Assembly: GCA_963781885.1 (NCBI GenBank)
Contig: CAWAHW010000002.1
Coordinates: 384,001 to 448,000 of the forward strand
Direction of reading: 5' to 3'
DNA length: 64,000 nt
Origin: an uncultured Spirochaetota bacterium
Lineage (GTDB): Bacteria; Spirochaetota; Spirochaetia; SZUA-6; Fen-1364
Shown here: piece after piece, positions 1-11,042 of the stretch
How positions within the stretch are numbered: the first letter of the stretch is position 1
Layout of the letters: each line of letters starts with the position of its first letter
Notes under the pieces: generated by a model
Seen by the model: only the letters and a program-made list of their open reading frames with translations
Databases searched by the model: none
Told to the model about the DNA's origin: nothing
Translations under genes and position numbers: made by a program

Positions 1-97
1 GCACGCGCAGGAGCACATCCGTCGGCTTCATCACCTTCGGCTGGGGCCGATCCATGAGCACCAGCTTTCCATTTCCTTGAAACACAGCAGCTTGCAT
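1..97 (-). CDS. Zn-dependent medium-chain dehydrogenase (MDR), N-terminus only; runs off the window edge
   Basis: Manual translation MQAAVFQGNGKLVLMDRPQPKVMKPTDVLLRV is a typical MDR start. Purine-rich RBS (GAAAGGAAG) upstream; directly downstream of the DegT gene. Confidence 0.75.
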   Translation of the reverse strand, partial: MQAAVFQGNGKLVLMDRPQPKVMKPTDVLLRV

Positions 98-128
98 CTC
101 TATTCTTCCTTTCGCGCCGTGAGGCGCT

Positions 129-1333
129 TCAGCCGACGATGGGCTTCACCTTCTGCACGAACTCTTCCGCCTTGCGCGCGATCTCCTCATCGGTGGACAG
201 CACCGTGATGCCGAAGTTCGCTCCGATGCCCGGGTCCACCACCCCCACGCTCAGGTTCATCGCCCGGGCCAGGATGGCATCCGTCTTGGGCAGCATGCCC
301 TTTTTGTTCGGCCGCCGTCCCTTCTCGTCCTCCCAGGACAGGATCTGCTCCATATGGTTGTATACGTGCCAGCCGCTGTCGGCAACAGTCTTCACGTTCA
401 GCACCGTGGCCACCTTGCGCGTGGCCGCCTCGTCGGGGAACAGCACCGTGAGCATCGTGGCGATCTCCCCGGCATCGTTGATCTTGCGATAGCCCATGTT
501 GCGGATGCCCCCCGCCTCGATGGCGTCCTTGAACTTGCGCTTTTCTTGTCGCGCAGCATCCCCACGATCTTGTCCAGCTTGCGCAGCTGCGCCAGCCCCA
601 CCGCCCCGGTCAGCTCGTTGATGCGCAGGTTGATGCCCACCATGGAGCGCGCCCCGATCTCAAGGCCCATGCGCAGCGGCTTGTGCCCCTGGTCGTGGTA
701 GCCGAAGGCCCGCTCGTACAGCTCGTCGGAGTCGCTGGTGACCATGCCCGCGTCGCCGGTGGTGATGGTCTTGTTGATGTTCAGCGAGAAGGCGTTGATC
801 GCACCAAAGGAGCCCGTCATCTTGCCCTTGTAGCTGGCCCCCAGCGACTGGCAGGCGTCCTCCAGCACGGGAATCTTGTGCTTCTTCGCGATGGCCATGA
901 TGGCGTCGATGTCGCTGGGGTTCCCCAGCATGTGCACCGGCACGATCGCTTTCGTGCGCTTGGTGATGCGCCGCTCGACGTCGGCGGGGTCCAGCGTCAG
1001 CGACTCGTCGACCTCGGCGAGCACCGGCGTGCCGCCCACCGCGATGACCGCCGAGATGGAGGCCACGAAGGTGTAGCCGGGCACGATCACCTCATCGCCG
1101 CGTCCCACCCCCAGGGCGATCAGTGCCGCCATCAAGGAGCTGGTGCCGCCGTTGGTGGCAAGGGCATGCTTGACGCCCATCTTTTTGGCGAACTCCTGCT
1201 CCAGGGTCACGACCTTGTGCTTGAAGCGCGGATCGCTCTCCTGGCCGTAGCGGGAGAGGTAGCCGCTCTCCAGGACGTCCATGACCTCCTTGCGCTCTTC
1301 ATCACCGAACAGATAGGCTCCCGGACCTGGCAT
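129..1333 (-). CDS. DegT/DnrJ/EryC1/StrS family PLP aminotransferase, one frameshift near 541-544
   Basis: Motifs GDEVIVPGYTF, AIVPVHMLG, EDACQS, FSLNINK(PLP Lys)TITTGDAG. The 398-1333 and 129-497 ORFs join if one A is added in the A-run (DKKKRKFKDAIEAGGIRNMGY). RBS AGGAGG. Confidence 0.85.
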
Positions 1334-1358
1334 GACATGACCTCCTGCAATGCGCGAT

Positions 1359-1478
1359 TGTTGACAGTAAAATATCCTAACATGCCATGCAAATTACTGT
1401 CAAGGCTGGCTGCAATTTGATTCGAAAAAAAAAGAAATACTGTTGACAGCGAAATGAATTATGTTGTAGTAATTTACG
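1359..1478. promoter_or_regulatory. Divergent promoter region with a 10-bp perfect inverted repeat TTGACAGTAA (1361-1370) / TTACTGTCAA (1394-1403)
   Basis: AT-rich intergenic region. TTGACA hexamers on both strands (minus 1398-1403, plus 1443-1448); recurring AGTAAWWT element. Confidence 0.55.
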
Positions 1479-1508
1479 TATCCTATCTGCCTAAGGAGGG
1501 CAAGTGTC

Positions 1509-2519
1509 ATGACGAGAAGAGCTTTTCTGATCGGTTTGACAGTCGTCGTTCTCTCCTTCGCGTCAGCTTCATTCATCTTCGCGACGGGACAGGGAGAGAA
1601 AGGCTCTGCACCGACGAAGCCCGAGTATACCTTCTACTTTGTCTCTCACGGTGGGCCAGGCGACTCGTATTGGCAGCCGTTCATCAATGGCGTGAACGAT
1701 GCCGCGAAGGCGCTGAACGTCAAGATCGTGTACGTCTATCCGCAGAAGCAGGGTGACGTGAACGAGCTGATCAAGCAGCTCAATTCCGCCATCGCCGCGA
1801 AGCCGGATGGCATCGGCGTCACCATCGACGACGAGGAGGGATTCTCCGCGCCGCTGCTGGACGCCAAGAAGCTGGGCATCCCCGTGGTCGCCTTCGACAC
1901 GGTCCCCGATCCCGACAATCCCAGCGCGAAGATCCCCTACATCTCCTACGTGGGAGAGGACAGCTTCCAGGCAGGGCAGGAAGTCGGACGGGGGGCAATA
2001 TCGTCATTCAACCTGGCCAGTGGCGACCGCGTCGTCGTCGTCAACCATGAGGCAGGCAACGTCTCCCTGACGCTGCGCTTCAACGGCATCAAGAGCATCC
2101 TCGAGCCGAAGGGCGTCGTCGTGGACGAGCTGGCGACCCCCGGGGACGACCCCGCGCAGTCGCAGGCGGTGATCCAGAACTACATCGCGAAGAACCCGAG
2201 CGTGAAGGCAATCCTCACCATGGGCCCGCTCAGCTACCTGCCCGCATCCAAGGTGCTGGAGGGCGGTGGGTACGTCGGCAAGATCGGGCTGGTTGGATGG
2301 GACATCACGCCCGAAGCCATCACGATGATCAAGAGCGGAGAAATGGCATTCACGGCGAACGAGCAGCCGTACTACATCGCGACGACCGCCGCCTATCTCC
2401 TCTACATGAACGTCAAGTATCATTTCGATCCGCAGGGGGTCTTCAACACCGGCCTCGGCAGGGTCAACAAGTCCAACATCGATAACTGGGCCACCCTCGT
2501 GAAAAACGGCCAGGGCTGA
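1509..2519 (+). CDS. Sugar ABC transporter substrate-binding protein (RbsB/Peripla_BP_4 type)
   Basis: Signal peptide, periplasmic binding protein type I motifs (AKPDGIGV, GIPVVAFD, YVGEDS); RBS AAGGAGG. Confidence 0.9.
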   Translation: MTRRAFLIGLTVVVLSFASASFIFATGQGEKGSAPTKPEYTFYFVSHGGPGDSYWQPFINGVNDAAKALNVKIVYVYPQKQGDVNELIKQLNSAIAAKPDGIGVTIDDEEGFSAPLLDAKKLGIPVVAFDTVPDPDNPSAKIPYISYVGEDSFQAGQEVGRGAISSFNLASGDRVVVVNHEAGNVSLTLRFNGIKSILEPKGVVVDELATPGDDPAQSQAVIQNYIAKNPSVKAILTMGPLSYLPASKVLEGGGYVGKIGLVGWDITPEAITMIKSGEMAFTANEQPYYIATTAAYLLYMNVKYHFDPQGVFNTGLGRVNKSNIDNWATLVKNGQG

Positions 2520-2617
2520 GCGGTTTTCTCGCGCCTGTTAAAATCTGATCTCCCGGTATGGCTGCCCGCATCGCGGGCAGCCACCGGGCTACAATCACGC
2601 CGAAGTGGAGGTTTCTC

Positions 2618-3634
2618 ATGAGCACCGTTGAAGAGGGTGGCGCACCCGAGGGCCCGCGGCTGATCCGCTCGAGTTTCATGCGCCGTGTCGTCCGGGTGCC
2701 GGAGCTGATGGTCCTGCTTGCGCTCGTGGTCGTCATCATCGGCTTCGTGATCATGGCGCCGAAAACGTTCCTCTCGGCGCGCAACATCGGCGCAATCCTC
2801 ACGGCCTCCGCGCAGCTCGGCATCGCCGCCATCGGCGCGGCCTTCCTCATCATCGCGGGGGAGTTCGACATTTCCGTCGGCTCCAACTACGCCTTCACCG
2901 GCATCGCCATCGGCCTCCTGAGCACGTCGGTGGGCCTGCCCACGTGGCTTGCCGTTCTCTGCGGCCTGGCGATCTCGACGACCATCGGGCTCATCAACGG
3001 GGCAATCACCCTGGGGACGCGGATCCCTTCATTCATCACGACGCTCGGCACATGGCTGGTGTGGTTCGGGCTCACCCTCGCCTTGAGCAAGGGCTACTTC
3101 GTGGCGGTGAGAGCCAACGACCCCCTCATGGCAGTGATCGGCGGCGCAATGGGCTACCAGTTCTACACGTCCGTGCTCTGGTGGGTCGGAATCGGCATTG
3201 TTGCGATCGTGCTGCTCGGCCGCACCCGGCTGGGCAACTGGATATTCGCCGTCGGCGGAAACGCCGACGCGGCGCGCGCCGTCGGTGTCCCGGCGGGCCG
3301 CGTGAAGTTATTTGCCTTCGGGCTGATGGGCTTTTTCGCCGGTGTCTCCGCGCTGTTCACGCTGGGGCAGCAGGGATCGATGGCGCCGCTGTACGGCCAG
3401 AACCTCGCGCTGCAGGCCATCGCCGCGGCGGTCATCGGCGGCACCCTCCTCACGGGAGGAGCGGGGAGCATATTGGGCGCCATGCTCGGCGCCGTGCTCA
3501 TGTCCATGATCAACAGCGGGCTCATCCTCGCCGGTGCGCCCACATTCTGGTACCAGACATTCGTCGGGGCGATCGTCATCGTCGCGGTCATCATCAACAC
3601 CTCCATTTCGCGGCGCGTCGCGCAAATGAAGTAG
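2618..3634 (+). CDS. Sugar ABC transporter permease (RbsC/BPD_transp_2)
   Basis: GEFDISVGS, IPSFITTLG, AVGGNADAARAVG, AAAVIGGT motifs. Start chosen at the ATG after GGAGG. Confidence 0.9.
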   Translation: MSTVEEGGAPEGPRLIRSSFMRRVVRVPELMVLLALVVVIIGFVIMAPKTFLSARNIGAILTASAQLGIAAIGAAFLIIAGEFDISVGSNYAFTGIAIGLLSTSVGLPTWLAVLCGLAISTTIGLINGAITLGTRIPSFITTLGTWLVWFGLTLALSKGYFVAVRANDPLMAVIGGAMGYQFYTSVLWWVGIGIVAIVLLGRTRLGNWIFAVGGNADAARAVGVPAGRVKLFAFGLMGFFAGVSALFTLGQQGSMAPLYGQNLALQAIAAAVIGGTLLTGGAGSILGAMLGAVLMSMINSGLILAGAPTFWYQTFVGAIVIVAVIINTSISRRVAQMK

Positions 3635-3647
3635 GGGAGGCACCGGC

Positions 3648-4401
3648 ATGGCACAGGCTACAAATGACATTCGCCTCGAGGTCCGCAACCTCGCCAAACG
3701 CTTCGGCTCGGTCGTCGCCCTGGAGAACGTGAGCTTTTCCGTGCAGGCCCGGAGAGGTCGTCGGTCTTGTCGGCGACAACGGGGCGGGCAAGTCCACGGC
3801 AATCAAGCTCATCTGCGGATTCTACAAGCCCTCGGGCGGCACCATTCTCTGGGAGAACAACACCATCGAGCTGGAATCCCCCGAGCATGCCCGCGCCCTC
3901 GGGATCCAGACCGTCTACCAGGACCTTGCCCTGGTCAACACGCTGAGCATCGCGCGCAACTTCTTCCTCCACGCGGAGCCCGTGCACCGGCTCGGACCTC
4001 TCGCCTTTCTCGACGTGAAAGAGATGAACGAGCGCACGGCCCAGATCCTGCGCGACATCGGCATCAAGGACCTCAATCCCACGACGCCGGTGTCCGCCCT
4101 TTCGGGTGGGGAGCGCCAGGCGGTTGCAATCGGCCGCACGTACTACTTCGGCGGCAAGCTCCTCATCCTCGACGAGCCGACCTCCGCGCTTTCCGTCAAG
4201 CAGACGCAGAAGGTCTTCGCCATCATCGAGGAAGTGAAGGCAAAAGGGGTCTCCGTCATCCTCATCGAGCACAACATGATCCACGTGCATGATATCGCCG
4301 ACAGGCTTGTTGTCGTGCGACACGGCAACGTGTATGGCGACTACGTGAAGAAAGACGTGAGCGTCGTGGACCTGGAGCGCATCCTCGCGGGAGCGCGCTG
4401 A
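3648..4401 (+). CDS. Sugar ABC transporter ATP-binding protein (single NBD), frameshift at ~3748-3750
   Basis: Removing one C from the CCC run restores SVQAGEVVGLVGDNGAGKST (Walker A), in frame with LSGGERQ and LILDEPT. Confidence 0.85.
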
Positions 4402-4444
4402 CGAATGAAGGGCGGCATGCGGGGCTGTTTTTTCTGGATTTTTC

Positions 4445-4473
4445 TTGACAGCGCATGCCGCCTCTGATAGTGT
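4445..4473 (+). promoter_or_regulatory. Sigma70-type promoter TTGACA-17 bp-TAGTGT upstream of the class III aminotransferase
   Basis: Consensus -35, optimal spacing, -10 retaining the key TA...T positions. Confidence 0.55.
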
Positions 4474-4768
4474 GACGCACGATATGCGCTCAGGAAACGT
4501 TGAGCTCAAGGTCAAAATCGAGATGTTGCTCGTCTCCGAGCTGCTGGGATTCTCCTATTTTTCTGAAGCCTTGTTTCTGCCCTCCGACGCGCATCGTTAA
4601 TCCAATCACTCTACGCGCCACGATGCCCTTTCTCTTGTGACCCGCCCGTTCCGACGGTGATCCGCAGGGGGAAGGTGAGCAATCGCACGGGAGCGATCGC
4701 GGCATTGCCGATGATCGTCGCGATCGTTCATGTCCTCTCTATCGCCCATCGGCAGAAAGGGAGTGGAC

Positions 4769-6025
4769 ATGGGTACGAATCGAAAATCGAAAGAGTTGTA
4801 TGAGGAATCTCTGAAGTACGTTCCGGGGGGAGTGCAGAGCTCGCGACGCCCCGATTTGTTCTTCGAGGATTTCCCCATTTTCCTGGATCGCGCCCGGGGC
4901 GCGCACATCTGGGACGTCGACGGCAATGAATACATCGACTGGATGCTCTCCTACGGGCCGATCATACTCGGCCACTGCAATGAGGAAGTGGACCGGGCCG
5001 TCGTCGAAGAATTGAAAAAGGGCTTCCTGTTCAACCTGACGCCGCCCGTCCAGCTCGAGCTGGCGAAAAAAATCACGCACATGATCCCGTGCGCGGAGAT
5101 GGTGCAATTCGTCACCTCCGGATCCGGCGCGACGTCGGCCGCGATAAGGATCGCCCGGGCCTATTCCAAAAAGATCAAGGTGCTGCGGTGGGGATACCAC
5201 GGGTGGCACGATTGGGCCGTGGGCGGGGGTCCGGGAGTGCCCTCGACCACGACCGAAAACACGCTTTCCTTCAATTACAACGACCTGGACTCGCTGGAGA
5301 AGCTCCTGAACGCGCACAAGGGCGAGGTCGCCTGCATCATCATGATGCCGCTCGGCGTCGAGCAGCCCAAGAAAGGCTTCCTCGAGGGCGTGCGGCAGCT
5401 CGCGGATCGCCACGGCGTCATCCTGATTTTCGACGAGATCCGCTCCTGGCCGCGGATGAGCCTGGGGGGCGCGCAGAAATACTACGGCGTCACTCCCGAC
5501 ATCACCACCATTTCGAAGGGAATCGCCAACGGCTATCCCATCAGCGCCGTCGTGGGCAAGCGCGAATACATGCAGCTCGCGGCGAAGACGAACATCTCGG
5601 GCAGCTACTTCATGAACGGTCTGGCGTTTCGCGCCGCCATGGTGACGCTGCATGAACTGGAAACGAAGAACGTGGTGCCGCGTCTCTGGGAAATTGGAAA
5701 GCATCTTCTCGACGGGCTTTCACAGATCATCGAGAGGAAAAAAATCCGGGCGGGCGTCCTGGGCGTCGATCCCATGCCGTTCCTCGTTTTCGGCGACCCC
5801 GCCGATCACATGACGGTGTGGCAGGAATTGATATGGAACAAGGGCGATCCCGGAACCGACAAGGACAAGCGGGCGATGAGGGTCTTCTACAATGAAATGG
5901 CCCGCAGGGGTGTGTTCATGCATCCCCGCCATCATTGGTATTCCTGTTTTGCCCATACCGACGAGGACGTGCAAAAGACGCTCGAGGCGGCGGAGGCGTC
6001 GTTCGAGCTCGCACGGAAGGCATGA
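4769..6025 (+). CDS. Class III PLP aminotransferase (glutamate-1-semialdehyde aminomutase-like fold)
   Basis: WDVDGNEYID, SYGPIILGH, GYHGWHDW, LIFDEI, PDITTISK(PLP Lys)GIANGYP. RBS AAGGGAG before ATG 4769. Confidence 0.88.
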   Translation: MGTNRKSKELYEESLKYVPGGVQSSRRPDLFFEDFPIFLDRARGAHIWDVDGNEYIDWMLSYGPIILGHCNEEVDRAVVEELKKGFLFNLTPPVQLELAKKITHMIPCAEMVQFVTSGSGATSAAIRIARAYSKKIKVLRWGYHGWHDWAVGGGPGVPSTTTENTLSFNYNDLDSLEKLLNAHKGEVACIIMMPLGVEQPKKGFLEGVRQLADRHGVILIFDEIRSWPRMSLGGAQKYYGVTPDITTISKGIANGYPISAVVGKREYMQLAAKTNISGSYFMNGLAFRAAMVTLHELETKNVVPRLWEIGKHLLDGLSQIIERKKIRAGVLGVDPMPFLVFGDPADHMTVWQELIWNKGDPGTDKDKRAMRVFYNEMARRGVFMHPRHHWYSCFAHTDEDVQKTLEAAEASFELARKA

Positions 6026-6064
6026 AATGAAGAGGTGAAATGAGATCGCGGCGGAGCGCGCCGA

Positions 6065-7324
6065 TCATACGGCGGAGCCCTGTCGGGGCGCCGTGCGGGA
6101 AGCCTTTCTGCGCGCCCGCCAGCCGCTGAACCGGAGGAATCCACCGACGGCGAACACCAGGAGCGGCGTCGTAGGGCCTTCGAACTTTTTCGCCACCTCC
6201 TTCAGGTGCGTGGGGATCGCGATGTGCTGCGGGCACTTGCCGAGGCATTTTTTGCATTCGGTGCACTGGGAAGCGAAGCCTTTCGCGGTGCCGGTGAAAA
6301 GCCCTGACGCATCCACGATGTAGCGCAGGCGCGGGGTTTCGATGCCTTTTGGCGCACCCATGAAGGCTTCGTTGTACGCGGCGAAGCAGGATGCGATCTG
6401 GACGCCGGAAGGGCAGGGCATGCAGTAGCGGCAGCCCGTGCATCCCACCTTCAAACCCTGCCGGTAGGTGACGCAGACCCGATCCACGATTTCGATCTCC
6501 CTCCCCGTCAGGGAGCCCGCGGCGGCCTCATCCGCCACCCGGAGATTCTCGTCGATGTGCGACTCTTCGTTCATGCCGGAGAGCGCCAGGGTCACCTCCG
6601 GGAGATTCCAGACCCAGCGCAGCGCCCATTCCGCCGGCGAGCGCCTCACCGGCGCCCCGTCCCAGATGGACTGGAACTGCGGTGCCGAGGTACGGGCAAG
6701 CGCACCGCCCCGCAGAGGCTCCATGGCAATGATGCCCATGCCTTTCGCCGCGGCGTACCGCATGCCTTCCAGCCCCGCCTGGTTGTCCTGATCGAGGTAG
6801 TTGATCTGCAGCTGACAGAACTCCCACGCATAGCTGTCGACGATCTCTTTGAAATCAGCCTTTCCCCCGTGGTACGAGAACCCGATGCTGCCGATTTTTC
6901 CGCCGTCCACCGATCGCCGGATGAAATCCTCCACACCGAGCTCGCGCAGCTTCTTCCACGATGCGCTCTGCAGGTTGTGAATGAGGTAATAGTCGATGCG
7001 GTCGGTCTGCAGGTTGTCCAGCTGCACGGAGAGGAAACGATCCATGTCCTCCCGCGTCTGCACGCTCCAGTGCGGCATTTTCGTGGCGAGCTTTACCTTC
7101 TCACGGTAGCCCTCCCGGAGGGCACGGCCGACGAACGGCTCGCTCGCCCCCATGTGATAGGGCATGGCCGTGTCGACGTAGTTGACGCCCCGGTCGATGG
7201 CGCTCCGCAGCTGTTTCTGCGCCCGCGCTTCGTCGATGCGGCCTCCTTTTTCTGGAAGCCTCATGCACCCGTAGCCCAGGACGGAGAGCCTGTCCCCCGA
7301 GTGCTGCATGATTCGGTATTGCAC
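6065..7324 (-). CDS. Aldo/keto reductase with C-terminal 4Fe-4S dicluster domain
   Basis: LGYGCMRLP, NYVDTA, LATK, MEPLRGG motifs; CTGCRYCMPCP and CTECKKCLGKCP clusters. Confidence 0.9.
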   Translation of the reverse strand: MQYRIMQHSGDRLSVLGYGCMRLPEKGGRIDEARAQKQLRSAIDRGVNYVDTAMPYHMGASEPFVGRALREGYREKVKLATKMPHWSVQTREDMDRFLSVQLDNLQTDRIDYYLIHNLQSASWKKLRELGVEDFIRRSVDGGKIGSIGFSYHGGKADFKEIVDSYAWEFCQLQINYLDQDNQAGLEGMRYAAAKGMGIIAMEPLRGGALARTSAPQFQSIWDGAPVRRSPAEWALRWVWNLPEVTLALSGMNEESHIDENLRVADEAAAGSLTGREIEIVDRVCVTYRQGLKVGCTGCRYCMPCPSGVQIASCFAAYNEAFMGAPKGIETPRLRYIVDASGLFTGTAKGFASQCTECKKCLGKCPQHIAIPTHLKEVAKKFEGPTTPLLVFAVGGFLRFSGWRARRKASRTAPRQGSAV

Positions 7325-7506
7325 GTGTCCGCCTCGCTGTCAGTGAAGGTGCCCCATCATCCGCGTCCGCGGCAAAAAGAGCAAGGGGCTGATTGACATG
7401 CCCCGGCGAGCGGCAACGCGCGCACGCCCGCTTGCACGGAATGCTTTGCTGGTTCATTGTAAGGCAAGATCGTACGATACACTGCACAACGAGGGGGAAT
7501 CAGCAC

Positions 7507-8346
7507 ATGATCGAAAGAAAACGCTTTGCAGTAAACAGGATCGCCTGCCCGTCTCTGAGCCTGGAGGATTTCTTCGCGCTCACCGTGGATCTGGGCCTTT
7601 CGAAAGTCGAGCTTCGCAACGACCTGCCGGGGGCCGCCGTGATCGACGGAAGACAGCCGGCGGAGGTCCGGGAGCTCGCCGAGCGGCGCGGGGTCAGGAT
7701 CATCAGCATCAACGCCCTGCAGAAGTTCAACCTCAAGGCCGTACAGGAAAGGAACAAGGCGGAGCTGGAAAAGCTGCTCGGGCTTGCCTCCGCGCTCGGC
7801 TGCACCGCGATCGTGATGTGCCCCAACAACGACACGCAGGACAAGCGTGACGTCCCGACGAGGCTTGAAGAGACAGTTTCCGCCCTCACGGCCTTCGGCC
7901 CCTTGTTTACCGCGCGGGGAATACAGGGCTGGGTGGAGCCGCTGGGGTTCACCGAGTCGTCCCTTTCGTCGGTCGTCGTCGCCCGCGAGGCGGTGACGCG
8001 ATCCGGCTTTTCCTGCTTTCGCATCGTCCTTGACACATTCCACCATTACCTCGGTCCCGACACGGAGAAGGACATTGACGCGACTTTCGCTTCCAGCCTC
8101 GCCGGTCTCATCCACGTCTCGGGAGTGGAAGACGCCATCCCCAAGGCGAGCTACCGCGACGCGCACCGCGTGCTTGTCTCCGCGGCGGACCGCATGGCGA
8201 GCCGGCAGACGGTCGCGCGAATGGTATCCCTGGGCTACCGCGGCGACATCGCCTTCGAGCCGTTCTCCTCAGCGGTGCAGTCAATGAGCCGGCAGACACT
8301 GGAAGCTGCGCTGCGAACGAGCATCGAGTTCCTGAGCGGCGAATAG
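7507..8346 (+). CDS. iolI: Xylose-isomerase-like TIM barrel protein, inosose isomerase IolI2-like
   Basis: KVELRND, EPLGF, DTFHH, HVSG, FEPFS motifs closely resemble the recalled Salmonella inositol-island protein STM4435; inositol gene context. Confidence 0.7.
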   Translation: MIERKRFAVNRIACPSLSLEDFFALTVDLGLSKVELRNDLPGAAVIDGRQPAEVRELAERRGVRIISINALQKFNLKAVQERNKAELEKLLGLASALGCTAIVMCPNNDTQDKRDVPTRLEETVSALTAFGPLFTARGIQGWVEPLGFTESSLSSVVVAREAVTRSGFSCFRIVLDTFHHYLGPDTEKDIDATFASSLAGLIHVSGVEDAIPKASYRDAHRVLVSAADRMASRQTVARMVSLGYRGDIAFEPFSSAVQSMSRQTLEAALRTSIEFLSGE

Positions 8347-8376
8347 TCCCGGCCTTTTCACAGGGGCCGCGTGCGC

Positions 8377-9387
8377 CTAATTCCTCCGCACGTTCTTGCG
8401 CACGTCGATCGTGACAGCGACGACGATGATGATGGCGCGCGCCACTTGCTGGAAGTCCGCGGAGACGTTGAGGATGTCGAGGCCGTTCTTCATGACGCCG
8501 ATGATGAGCGCGCCGATGAGCGTGCCCCCCGCGCTTCCCAGGCCGCCCGCAAGGCTCGTGCCGCCGATGACCGAGGCGGCGATGGCGTCCAGCTCATAGC
8601 CCAGGCCCAATCCCGGTTGCCCCGACCCGATGCGCGACGTGAGCACGATGGCCGCCACGGCGGCGAGGAAGCCGGCGTACGTGTACACAAGGATGAGGTA
8701 GCGGCTGGTCTTGATGCCGGACACCACGGCCGCCTGGAGGTTGCTCCCCAGGGCGTATGTGTAGCGTCCCCAGAGCGTGTGTTGAAGGATGACGTAGGTG
8801 ACCGCCACGCAGACCAGCAGGATGATGGCGGGGTTGGGGATTCCCAGGACGGCACCCTGGCCGAGGGCCTGGAAGGAATCGAGCAGACTGCCGCGCGGAC
8901 GGCCCTGGGAGTAGATGAACGCCCAGCCCCGGGCGAATGTCATCATGCCGAGGGTGGCAATGAAGGGCGGGATCTTCAGCTTGGAGATCATGGCGCCGTT
9001 CAGGAAGCCGGCGAAGGTTCCCAGCGCCAACCCGATGAGGAGCACGGGCACGATCGGCCAGGGGCGCCCGCCCGCGAAGAGGCGGTCCATCGCGTCTGCG
9101 GACTGCACAAGACTCGCGACGAAGACCGAGACGATGGCCACGATGGCTCCCGAGGACAGGTCGATGCCCGCCGTGATGATGCACATCGTGACCCCGAGAG
9201 CGATGATCCCGATGACGCTGATCTGGCGCAGCACGTTCAGCAGGTTGTTGATCCTGAGGGAAATCCCCCCCGAAAGGATCGCGATGATTGCCACGAGCCC
9301 AATAAGGATGAGCAGGATGCTGTAGCGGCTCATGAGCTTCAAGACCTGCGATTCGCGTCTGGGAGCAGCCTTTTCCATCTCAATCAC
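8377..9387 (-). CDS. Sugar (probably inositol) ABC transporter permease
   Basis: GIDLSSG, IPPFIATLG, YELDAIAASVIGGT. GTG start after GGAGG; ATG 9378 is an alternative start. Confidence 0.9.
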   Translation of the reverse strand: MIEMEKAAPRRESQVLKLMSRYSILLILIGLVAIIAILSGGISLRINNLLNVLRQISVIGIIALGVTMCIITAGIDLSSGAIVAIVSVFVASLVQSADAMDRLFAGGRPWPIVPVLLIGLALGTFAGFLNGAMISKLKIPPFIATLGMMTFARGWAFIYSQGRPRGSLLDSFQALGQGAVLGIPNPAIILLVCVAVTYVILQHTLWGRYTYALGSNLQAAVVSGIKTSRYLILVYTYAGFLAAVAAIVLTSRIGSGQPGLGLGYELDAIAASVIGGTSLAGGLGSAGGTLIGALIIGVMKNGLDILNVSADFQQVARAIIIVVAVTIDVRKNVRRN

Positions 9388-9447
9388 GTGTCGCCTCCGG
9401 GCTTGTGCCGCGTGCCGCACCTCCGTGCCGTGCGGGCTCCGCGCGGC

Positions 9448-10968
<1,521 letters not shown>

Positions 10969-10999
10969 CTGACGATCCTCCCGGGCAATTGCACAGAGT

Positions 11000-11035
11000 G
11001 CGCCGGGGGCGGCTGGATGTCCAGACCCCCGGCGC
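11000..11035 (-). terminator. GC-rich stem-loop between binding-protein and ATPase genes (mRNA stabiliser or partial terminator)
   Basis: GCGCCGGGGG...CTGGA-TG-TCCAG...CCCCCGGCGC inverted repeat right after the SBP stop. Confidence 0.5.
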
Positions 11036-11042
11036 GCGTGTT

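Noticed and set aside
530-550. Programmed -1 frameshift in the DegT gene (AAG AAA AGC)
   Set aside because: No canonical X XXY YYZ heptamer. Six other genes show similar single indels, favouring assembly error.
4769-6025. hemL (glutamate-1-semialdehyde aminomutase) assignment
   Set aside because: HemL-specific motifs (GGVNSPVR, SGTEA, YHGHxD, GTLSGNP) are altered and no tetrapyrrole genes are nearby; only the fold family is supported.
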